64,000 nucleotides of DNA from positions 53,326,894-53,390,893 of the forward strand of contig NC_068992.1 of the NCBI RefSeq assembly GCF_001194135.2, read 5' to 3'. Numbering within the stretch: the stretch's first letter is position 1; each line of letters opens with the position of its first letter. Of this stretch, positions 53,592-64,000 are shown in pieces. Position numbers and translations under genes: made by a program. The DNA is from Octopus bimaculoides. Its lineage: Eukaryota. A model generated the notes under the pieces. That model worked only from the letters and a program-made list of their open reading frames with translations, was not told the DNA's origin and searched no databases.

Positions 53592-54874
53592 AATAAAATT
53601 TCATGCATAGGTTTTGATTGCATTTTGATTTTCCTTTGTTTTTTTCCTATTTTTACTTTGAAGTCTTTTTAGAGACGAATACTTGAAAACTTTCACGACA
53701 CAGCGGTTTACTTGCATTCACTTTGCACCCGTACTTTTTTCTGCTATTTTTTCAAATACGTCTGTCATTACATCAGAATATTAATAGAGTTTCCAATCAT
53801 CGCAAAAATACTTTTTTTTTTTTTTTTGCCGAGATTAATTTTCACTGATAATATTTCAAACGATTTTTTTTTCTCTCATAGCAGTCGCATATTAAATGTT
53901 TAATTGCTCAGTAATCCTAATTTTTTAGAATTTTTCCATTCTTGAATGTTCTAATTTGTGTTTTGTGCATCAGAGAGAAATTGTGTGTTATTTCATTTAC
54001 AAAAATATGCAGTAAAGTGAGGAAGAGACACAGAAACCGCAGACAGAACGAATCTAGTTTACTGTTTGATTCCCAGTCGTAGATATCTCACTTCACTTAC
54101 AATATTAATTTCGTCGGATTTATATTCAATTCAAAGAGAGTGATTTCTCGTTGATATATATATCTAATCATGCAAAATCAAATAACTGTCCCTAGTTACT
54201 GCGCTAGTTGAGGTGTCATCAATAAATATTTATACTTTTAATGTGTCTGGAAAACATGTAAAGTTTTATCTAGTTAAACAAGTCTTGCTGTAAAATAGTA
54301 TAAACTCTATTACTATGTATAGAAACTTTACTATTAACGTAACATAAGCCTAATCAGTAAAATACCAGTCTGGTTCCTTATATATGCTAATTGCTGGTTT
54401 TACGTTCCCCTTAAATTGCATACAAACTCAATTACTTAAGGCTTTTATTTCCATTTTATTTCGAGTATGCAATCCATCGAACGTGGTCATACTGGAGCAA
54501 GGATTCAAGACATATTGTAGTCAGTTATATCAGCCATAGAACATATTATTTCTGTTTCGAAATTATTTATCGATTTCTATTTATGAAAACGTTGGATATC
54601 GTTTTTGACATAAAGGAGCTGAATATGACACACCGTTTTTCATTGATAAACATGAAAACAGAGATAAATATAAACAGAAATACGAGAACATACACACACA
54701 CACAAACACACACACACACACACACACACATACACACACACACACGTGCACACACACATACTCACGCTCACACATATATGTATATATGTGTGAGCATCTA
54801 ATAGCTTATATTTATAACTAAGTATATTATCTATGAATATATATGTATATATGTTTACACACACNNNNNNNNNN

Positions 54875-54914
<40 letters not shown>

Positions 54915-55179
54915 TATATGTGTGATCGTGTGTATATATGTGTTTGTGTATGTATGTAGGTGTGTATGTATGTTTCTATTTAAGCGGGAATGAAAAAAAT
55001 ACGTACAATTCAAATATTGGTGGCACTCTCAGATTCATAGCTGTTTTATAACGCTGTGACCTAGCAGTGTAGCATGAATAGTCAACTTGTATATATTATA
55101 CATTCTATTTGGCATTTAAAGCAGTGATATCTGTCGGCATTATTTTTTTTCATACCCATACGAAGCCTGCAGCTGAGTT

Positions 55180-55555
55180 ATAATTTTGTTAATATCCACA
55201 ATGATACCTGGGCCGCCAAATGGTTTGTCTTGTAGGGTGTGCTAAGAATGTCTTTTACCGGTGCTGTCAGTATTAACCATGTCGAAATTGTTGAACGTGG
55301 AGCAGTATTCCATCTGTAGAAAGTCAACCAGGTTTTCTGCACCACTGTGTAATACCATCTGTTAGCGGCCCAAAAGATGATACAACGACCTTAAGCTTTC
55401 TGGCGGATAGGAACAACATTTTGCGATTCATTTTTATTTTGTCAATCGATCACTTTTCTTGGACAGTCGATGCAGTTTTGAAGATAATGTTTCTTTAATT
55501 CCAATAAAGATTTATCTGTCAAGTGTGGATGTTGCAGCTGGCAATATTTTAACCA
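55180..55555 (-). mobile_element. Possible Merlin (ISXO2/IS1595-like) transposase remnant
   Basis: Minus-strand LQDKPFGGPGIIVDINK resembles the GGPG.IVEIDES motif; upstream CIIFWAAN and a frameshifted KTLVDF resemble the L.YFWA and TVVDW motifs. Heavily decayed. Confidence 0.35.
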
Positions 55556-55558
55556 GTT

Positions 55559-55842
55559 AAGGCGGCGATCTACCAGAAACGTTAGCACAACGGACGTAAT
55601 ACTTAGCGGTATTTCGTTGGTCTTTATGTTCTGAGTTCAAATTCCACTGAGTATAAAGGCCGGGTGAAATGTTGTGCGGTATATCATCTTTCTTCACGTT
55701 TCTGAGTTCAAATTCCGCAGAAGTCGACTTTGCCTTTCATCCTTTCGGAGTCGATAAATTAAGTGCCAGTTGCGTACTGGGATCGATCTAATCGATTGGA
55801 CCCACCCCAAAAATTTCGGGCCTCTTGCCTAAAATAGAAAAG
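55559..55842 (+). mobile_element. SINE family B with a duplicated head segment and 16-bp TSD
   Basis: TTCTGAGTTCAAATTCC occurs twice. TSD AATATTTTA(AC/GG)CAGTT at 55543-55558 and 55843-55858. Confidence 0.9.
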
Positions 55843-55959
55843 AATATTTTAGGCAGTTGATTATTTTCTCCGATTAATCCTTCTTATTTTTCTTATAAGT
55901 GCTCTTGTGTTACATGAGAATCTGCAGTTTTAGTCATGAAACGAGTGTGGTATGAACAT

Positions 55960-56420
55960 TTATTTGTGGCAATGTCCAGAAATAGGTGCCGGGTTATATT
56001 CGTGCTGTTTTGAGTAAGAGAGTGAATGAAAGTCCAATGAATGAGTAAAATATCTTGGGTGATTGCCTTCCAGTAAGAATTGCTAAGATCCATGACATCA
56101 AAAGGCTGTACTGGAACGATATCGTTCTGCGTCACGTTTGGTTTCCAAAACCGCAACCAGCACAGAACCATATTGTAGTCAGAAAGGAAAGGTTTTCTTT
56201 CCACCGTAATATTATGGAAAGCATCAGTATAGTTACTAAACTCTAACACCAATGTGTTTTTGTTGAATCTCGTTGGCACAGGAACGATTTCGGGACAGGA
56301 AAAATTCGTTCATGAATTGGAAATGCGATTCCACTGCTGCTGTTTGAGGTTGAAATACACACACTGTCTTCCAGTTTTGAGTAGACCAGTCAGCAGAGGG
56401 AAAATTTAAGTCACCCATTA
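55960..56420 (-). mobile_element. CR1/L2-type LINE apurinic endonuclease remnant
   Basis: MGDLNFPSADW..FMNEFFLS, frameshifting to PTRFNKNTLVLEFSN..FLSDYNMV, then DLSNSYWKAI..IHW. This matches the APE motifs GDFN.P.IDW, PTR..N.LDL.F.N and SDH. Confidence 0.8.
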
Positions 56421-58945
56421 TTAATACTTACACACACACACACACACACATATATATATTTATATATTGCCCATAGATAACAAACGTTCTTATGACGCCC
56501 ACAAAACTGAGTAATAATATCTGCATTGGAGCTATCAACATCACTTTATTTTATCACGCAAATAAGTGCCGTTGACCCATCAGTTATCCAGAAGTTTTCT
56601 TATCCTACCTAAATCTATAAAGTGTTATAATAAGCTCATCCTTCTGAGAAATTTATTCTATTTCAATCTTAGAACAGTTTCTGATCGTAAATGTTTCATT
56701 CTGCATGTCTCTATTTAAGAATATTGGTCCCATTGCAATAAATACCAACATAATTTCCATCAATGCTAAATTTCGATAAGAAAGTTCAACATCCCTAAGG
56801 AATATATATCCTGTATTGTGTTAAACATCCTTGAAATATGGACGACAGTTTAACGCCTCGTACTATATAATTACACTATAATTGAAAGCTGTGAGGAACG
56901 CTATCTCTTACAGGCAGACAATTCAACAAGATTATACTCCCAATTTCTTTTTTCGATCTTCTATATCATTACATCATTTTCTTTATAATTAATTTACTAA
57001 AGGTTTTGTTAATAAGAATCTGTTAAGGATGAAATCTATCTTTGGGGGATATTATAATGATCTATTGTTCATCTATCCACTAAACATTCCAATATATAAT
57101 ACAAGCAGAGAAAACAGATCAACATTCCACTGTGGCATAATTCAGTATGCCATAAATCTATCCAGTATAGCTAGAAGTGCTTCGATAAATCGATAGTTTG
57201 ATATTTATGTCTTTATCTCAGTGTTATCATTCTGTCCACACTGCTATCTTATCCAATTACTGTGTGATACGCGTCTTTCAAGAGAACCAGAATATCCCGG
57301 ACGAAATGCAGACTTACAATTACTCTAAATACGCAAAGAAATGTTTACCCACGGGCAGGGAACACAATTTAATGAACTCCAGTGAGAAAATTGCTCTTAA
57401 TATAGCATAGCCTTATATCATAACGAATAATTACGGTTCGTAGTGTTATCGGCACTGGTACTATCTAGTGATGTCAAACGTTGACAAGATACATGCACAA
57501 ACACACACACACACGCGCGCCTGCACGTATGTATATACATATATAATTATATACATATATANNNNNNNNNNNNNNNNNNNNNNNNNNNNNNNNNNNNNNN
57601 NNNNNNNNNNNNNNNNNNNNNNNNNNNNNNNNNNNNNNNNNNNNNNNNNNNNNNNNNNNNNNNNNNNNNNNNNNNNNNNNNNNNNNNNNNNNNNNNNNNN
57701 NNNNNNNNNNNNNNNNNNNNNNNNNNNNNNNNNNNNNNNNNNNNNNNNNNNNNNACATTATATATACACATACATTATATATACACATACATTATATATA
57801 TATATGTATATATGTATTGATACTATTAGTTCTATGATCTCTTTAACAGACCGGAGAACCCTTGTAAGTAATGTCTACGATTCGGTGTCGATATTTTACT
57901 GTAGCATTTTGGTTTAACGGACGTGCTGGAAGCTCTTTGAAAATCATGAACATCAATACTTGCCGTTCTTTAAATCTGATACATTGAATTTTTGTCAGAA
58001 ACAGATATTACACTTGTTGTTGTTGTTGTCGTTCTCGTTGTTGTTGTTGCAAAGCATTTATAAATAACAGAAACGATTGAAACACTAGATTCATTTGATT
58101 GGGCATAAAGTATTCTAATCAATAGCTGTACGTGATGTTGTGGCATATATAACATTCCTAACGTCAAAAGTATTAGAAAATCGATTCAACAGTCTGTCGA
58201 ATAGATTCTAATTCTTGTATTTGACAGACGAAGCTGATCTAGCGTCTTTATTTCTGATTGACACTAATACTGGAGCCGAAAACCTTCGAAAAGTAGCATA
58301 ACTGTCACTTGTACGCGAGTGCAAACTGACAGAATGTCCGCTTTTACCTATTATTTTGGGGTTCCATTTAGCCACGAGATGGAGTAAATAACATATAGGT
58401 TTTCACATCATTGACTCGGAAGATCACTCAGGATATTATATGGAGGGAGATAGCACTGAACCAGAGCTCAACTGCTACTCGATACTTTGTGAATAGATTC
58501 TGTTATCAAGAAAGAAAGTGCAATACTTTGCTCAATGGTAATTGATACAGTCGATCCAAGAATCGGAACCACAGTTTTTCTTTTTCTTTTTCATCCTAAT
58601 CACAACAACCACGACAATATGCAACAGAAGCGAAGTAGCGTTTAATGTGTTGAGGCTGGGGTTATAATTGTTTTCAGAGTATAATAAAGTCTATGTTGAA
58701 TATAGGAGTATATAACAGGATTGTAGCCTGCAGTGAGGTATAATGATGCAGTGTGTTATGAATTTATAAAGTGTACAGTAATAAGGTTTCGTAAACCTCT
58801 TCAGAGGAAGGGTGTCGAATGCGTATGAGATTTGCTACACATTTTCAAATGTACTATCATATTCACATTCAAAAATCGTATTTGAAAATTCCTATTTCGA
58901 CTGATTTGTCTTTGTCCTTTTACTACTTTGAGGTCGGTGATTAAC

Positions 58946-59027
58946 TGTTGTTGTTGTTGGCACTCCGTCGCATACGACGTCGAGGGTTCCAGTTGATCCG
59001 ATCAACGGAACAGCCTGCTCGTGAAAT
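58946..59027 (-). mobile_element. 5-prime truncated SINE family A (3-prime ~80 bp only)
   Basis: TGTTGTTGGCACTCCGTCGCATACGACGTCGAGGGTTCCAGTTGATCCGATCAACGGAACAGCCTGCTCGTGAAAT is nearly identical to 4124-4202; it joins an (AT)n tract. Confidence 0.92.
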
Positions 59028-59719
59028 ATATATATATATATATAGTTAATAAATTGAATTTAGTTGAGTTTTTACCTGCAAATTTGGATTTCTATCCTTA
59101 ATAATATTATATATATATATATATATANNNNNNNNNNNNNNNNNNNNNNNNNNNNNNNNNNNNNNNNNNNNNNNNNNNNNNNNNNNNNNNNNNNNNNNNN
59201 NNNNNNNNNNNNNNNNNNNNNNNNNNNNNNNNNNNNNNNNNNNNNNNNNNNNNNNNNNNNNNNNNNNNNNNNNNNNNNNNNNNNNNNNNNNNNNNNNNNN
59301 NNNNNNNNNNNNNNNNNNNNNNNNNNNNNNNNNNNNNNNNNNNNNNNNNNNNNNNNNNNNNNNNNNNNNNNNNNNNNNNNNNNNNNNNNNNNNNNNNNNN
59401 NNNNNNNNNNNNNNNNNNNNNNNNNNNNNNNNNNNNNNNNNNNNNNNNNNNNNNNNNNNNNNNNNNNNNNNNNNNNNNNNNNNNNNNNNNNNNNNNNNNN
59501 NNNNNNNNNNNNNNNNNNNNNNNNNNNNNNNNNNNNNNNNNNNNNNNNNNNNNNNNNNNNNNNNNNNNNNNNNNNNNNNNNNNNNNNNNNNNNNNNNNNN
59601 NNNNNNNNNNNNNNNNNNNNNNNNNNNNNNNNNNNNNNNNNNNNNNNNNNNNNNNNNNNNNNNNNNNNNNNNNNNNNNNNNNNNNNNNNNNNNNNNNNNN
59701 NNNNNNNNNNNNNNNNNNN

Positions 59720-59769
<50 letters not shown>

Positions 59770-60129
59770 CATTGCAGACGTATGTGTGTATGTATGCACG
59801 CGTTTCTGTGTATTAGTGTATTACTGCTGCAATTACTATAAGGCCTTTCTTCTGCCGTTCCAACGATCCTACCAGCTCACTGCCCTAAATGTTTCACTAA
59901 TTACACCAACTCCTGATATTCATAGCGATTCAATCATATATCTGCCGATTATATCCATTCCGTTCATTCTTGTCATGTCAAAGACCTTAGCGAGGATCAG
60001 AAACAAGAAAAATAGAACATTTTCAGCAGTTTAATTTTATCGGTAATGGCTCCGTTGATATAGGGAGGTTTGAAGAAAATAAGCAAATGAAAGTAAAATA
60101 AATAGGACCAGGTTTATAACTGCTGTTAT

Positions 60130-60880
60130 TGCATGCTTTGCGTTATTGTTTTCGTTTCTGTACAAATCAGGAGATTTATCTCTTTAGCTGCTGTTCTTTC
60201 CCTCGCTCTTGCTTTTGTTTCGCTACTGCTGCTGTTTTCTGATTCTTTGTTGTGGTTGATGGTTGATCTTATTATTGATGTTGTTTTTACTCCTGTTCCT
60301 GTTGTTATTCTTGCTGCTGTTCCTTGTGTGGTAGTCATGGTGGTGTCATCCAGTGGAACTGATAATGTCCAAAATGTTGTTGTTGCTATTGGTGCAACTG
60401 GTAATGGGGCTGGATGGTGTTTCCTTCGTTAGTATTGATGCAGTCGCTTCCATCGTTGATTCTGCAATGTTGTTTCAAATCCCTGCTGTTTTTGTTTACG
60501 TTGTCCCAGCTTCCATTGGTTAATATTCAAGTTTTTTTTGTTCTTTTTTGCTGTTGCAACTCTCAATATTCATCTTGTTCCAATAAGCAGATCGATAATA
60601 ATAAAAAAAAAAGATATAAACTACCCATGACGTTGCATTTTTATTTATGTGATGTTGACATATAGATGTCCTTCATTATTCTTCAAGCGAGATGGTCGGG
60701 ATATCACAAATATTTTACTCTCATTTTTAGCAATTAGAGCGAACCCGTAGAGGTTTCCTCAGCGTCATCATCATCGTTGATGTCATTGTTGTTGTTATTG
60801 TTGCTTTTGCTATTGTTTTTGTTGCTGTTGTTGTTGTTGTTATAATTGTTGTTGTTGCTCTTTTCGCTGTTATTGTTGAA
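60130..60880. repeat. Degenerate (GTT/GCT)n low-complexity tracts
   Basis: Read directly at about 60130-60430 and 60770-60880. Confidence 0.75.
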
Positions 60881-61432
60881 GTAGATGGTATGCTTGGTAT
60901 TTTGCTGATGTCAGTACNNNNNNNNNNNNNNNNNNNNNNNNNNNNNNNNNNNNNNNNNNNNNNNNNNNNNNNNNNNNNNNNNNNNNNNNNNNNNNNNNNN
61001 NNNNNNNNNNNNNNNNNNNNNNNNNNNNNNNNNNNNNNNNNNNNNNNNNNNNNNNNNNNNNNNNNNNCGCTGTTATTGTTGAAGTAGATGGTATGCTTGG
61101 TATTTTGCTGATGTCAGTACTAATGCAGCTGCATCAATTGTATAATCGATATTTCTATACTAATATCTAGATGCAACCCCGAACTACATCGTACAATATC
61201 ACTGCAACAACATGCAGTTTGTTGCGCTACATTAATGCGATGCGTTAAATATAGTGCTATCGCTAGCTAGATATATTTTTTTACTTAGAAGCCTTCTCAT
61301 CTGCGGAATGCACATGCATGTTATTCCATCGCTTTCGACGAAGACTATTTAACTGTTCAGAGATCCGAACTACCAGCTAATTGAATGTGTACACTTAGAT
61401 AATTTTCCAGATAGAATCATTGTAGTAGAATA

Positions 61433-61831
61433 TCTTTTATCTTTTACTTGTTTCGGTCATTAGCGTGTGGCCATGTTGGGGCACCACCTTGAAATTTTAG
61501 TCGAATGAGTCGATCCCAGTACTGTTATTTTTTAAAACTTGAGACTAATTCCATCGAATGTTATGGTCGAACCGGTGAGTTGCGGGTACATAAACACACC
61601 GACACCGGTTGTCAAGCGTTGTTGGGGAACAAACACAGGCACAAAGACACAAATACACGTACACGCCTATCTGTATACGACGGAATTCGTGCAATTTCCG
61701 GCTACCAAATTCATAAGGCTTTGGTCGACTTGAATCTATAGCAGAAGGCATTTGCCCAAAGCGTCACGAAGTGGGACAGATACCGGTACCATGTGATTGG
61801 GAAGCATGCTTCTTACCACACAGCCGCGCCT
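61433..61831 (-). mobile_element. Near full-length diverged SINE family C copy
   Basis: Colinear with the reverse complement of 23410-23853 from the head (AGGCGCGGCTGTGTGGTAAGAAGCATGC) to the (AGTAAAAG/ATAAAAG) tail. Confidence 0.88.
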
Positions 61832-62636
61832 GTGAAAAGGATTCACTCAACTTTTGTATTACTGCTACGATCTCACGGATGGGTACTTTTTCAATTTCTA
61901 TTTATTTAATTTCACTTACAAATATTGGTCGATGAGGGGATACACTAAAATAAAATTGCTCATCAGGCCATGCAGTGAGATTGAACTTGGACTTCCGCAC
62001 TTTCAAACAAATATTTTCTCCACTTTGTCAATTTGCGTTTATGAGCGTAATAACACACATATGCAGAAACATACAAACTCTGACACATACACACAAACAC
62101 AAACACACACACATGCATACACAAAACAAACATACAAGAATATGCATGTGTCACAGATACATACGCACAACACAAAGAGATATATGTGGGCATTTGTGCG
62201 TGTGTGCATGCGCGCTTGATTTAGGAATGAGTGACATAGAATTCGATACATAAAGTATTTATATTTTTATTGACCGCGAAACCAATCAAACTAATTGAGA
62301 TGAAAACTTTGAATCTGTAAATAACGAAAAGATCGAACATTTCAGAACCATCTCGAAAATTACCGCTATGGTGATATGATCAAAAATGCCCAACTCCCAT
62401 TAGCTGATATATAGAAGAAGAAAAAATACGTAAACATACTCACATAATTATCTACGGAAGCATATATATATGTATGTATGTATGTATAAGCATGAAATAA
62501 TATATCTTACTGAGAATAAAATAAAATCGACATATAATTTTAAAGTCAATGTAAAGAGTATCAAATTGATGTACAGTTATCCTAACATCACCAGTCCTTT
62601 AGCAAGGCGTAAGAGTAACAAATTAAACATATAAGC

Positions 62637-63022
62637 TTATTGTTGTTGGCACTCCGTCGCTTACGACGTCGAGGGTTCCAGTTAATCCGATCAACGGAAA
62701 AGCTTGCTCATGAAATTAACGTGCAAGTGGCTGAGCACTCCACAGACACGTGTACCCTTAACATAGTTCTCGGGATATTCAGCGTGATACAGTGTGACAA
62801 GGCTGACCCTTTGAATTACAGGCACAACAGAAACAGGAAGTAAGAGTGAGAGAAAGTTGTGGTGAAAGAGTACAGCAGGATTCGCCTCCATCCCGTGCCG
62901 GAGCCTCTAGAAATTTTAGGTGTTTTCGCTCAATAAACACTCACAACGCACGGTCTGAGAATCGAAACCGCGATCCTATGACCGCGAGTCCGCTACCCTA
63001 ACCACTGGGCCATTGCGCCTCC
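62637..63022 (-). mobile_element. Full-length SINE family A with perfect 12-bp TSD
   Basis: Colinear with 4124-4510. TSD AAACATATAAGC at 62625-62636 and 63023-63034. Confidence 0.93.
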
Positions 63023-63939
63023 AAACATATAAGCACACAACATTCATTTCCACCAAGCATGCGACTTGCCATTAACGCTTGTCCGCTTAATCTGCGAATA
63101 TTTGGAATGCTAATATTTCAAGAAATTATGCTGACGGTAGCGACAGAACCATTAAGATCCCATACAATCTGTGCATGTTTTTCCTCGTCGATAGAGAAAC
63201 AAGAGGTTCAACAATGCCCTCTAAATATAATCGGAACTTGAAAGAGGGATCTAACTGCAAAATTTGACAGGTCATTTATCGAAATCGTGTTCAAATGAAT
63301 ACTTACTTTCTCTCTGGCAGCTAGAGATTTATAGTATACAAATGCAGTTAATTGATTTGCTACAATGCATACTCGAATCCGTCTTTCTTCAGCCAAAAAA
63401 ATGGGAGTACATTCTTCAGATCTCTATGTTGCCTACTAGTTAGTTCATTATACAAGCTGATATATTCAATCATAGGTCACAAGAAAGTCATTCATCATCT
63501 ACACATGCTTATTTTCAGACCACTTCCATTTCTTGGACCCTGCAATTCAAATTTGTGAGGTGATACTTCTCACTATAATCCCGCGCATTCACACGCAGTC
63601 AATTAATTGCAACACCTAAATTTGCTTTGAATCATTGGCTTATAATATGATCATATCAACAATTTATTTTAACGTTTGAAAAATTATCAACATATGCACC
63701 CCTCACTTAGGAAAAAACGTAATACAGTGCAAAAGAAATAATAAATTTATGATAGATTCGCTGCCAAATAAGAGCAAGCAAATTTGAATTTCGTGCGTCT
63801 CAGAAGGAGACATCCTTGAAACACTGAGATGAAAATTTTCCTGCTGATAACACAAACTCTTCAAAATTTATGCATATATAAATCGATTCCTTTAGAGGAA
63901 AATATAAACTGAACTATACCATATATATATATACATATA

Positions 63940-63978
<39 letters not shown>

Positions 63979-64000
63979 ATGTATGTGTGTGTATGTGTGT

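Noticed and set aside
60865-61120. 53-bp direct repeat around a 150-N gap
   Set aside because: Probably a contig overlap or collapsed minisatellite; it cannot be resolved without long reads.
796-63558. Long ORFs in the track containing X runs or YIYI/SLSL/HTHT/VCVC repeats
   Set aside because: They are products of N-gaps and dinucleotide microsatellites, with no coding signal.
1-64000. CRISPR arrays, operons or other prokaryotic systems
   Set aside because: There are no regularly spaced repeat-spacer arrays or dense ORFs; the sequence is eukaryotic non-coding DNA.

Overview
AT-rich, microsatellite-dense eukaryotic DNA from a short-read assembly, with about 19 N-gaps (~3.3 kb) nearly all bounded by (TA)n/(CA)n/(CT)n tracts. 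The SINE repertoire resembles coleoid cephalopod (Octopus-type) repeats; this is recognition from memory, not a database search. I found no confidently supported host protein-coding exon, rRNA, true tRNA or CRISPR array, and most listed ORFs are microsatellite or gap artefacts. The window is a mosaic of decayed mobile DNA: four tRNA-derived SINE families in multiple copies, two RLE-type (R4/Dong/NeSL-like) LINE fragments, RTE and CR1-type fragments, two putative LINE ORF1 fragments, a Penelope-like GIY-YIG remnant, two internally deleted DD37D (maT) Tc1/mariner elements, a possible Merlin fragment and two adjacent foldback elements. The best leads are hammerhead-ribozyme-like cores at 49630-49722 and 44048-44084, near-identical target sites for two SINE insertions 58 kb apart, the foldback pair at 49.1-49.8 kb, and a few weak splice-site-defined exon candidates. 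I cannot establish a new biological system from the sequence alone.
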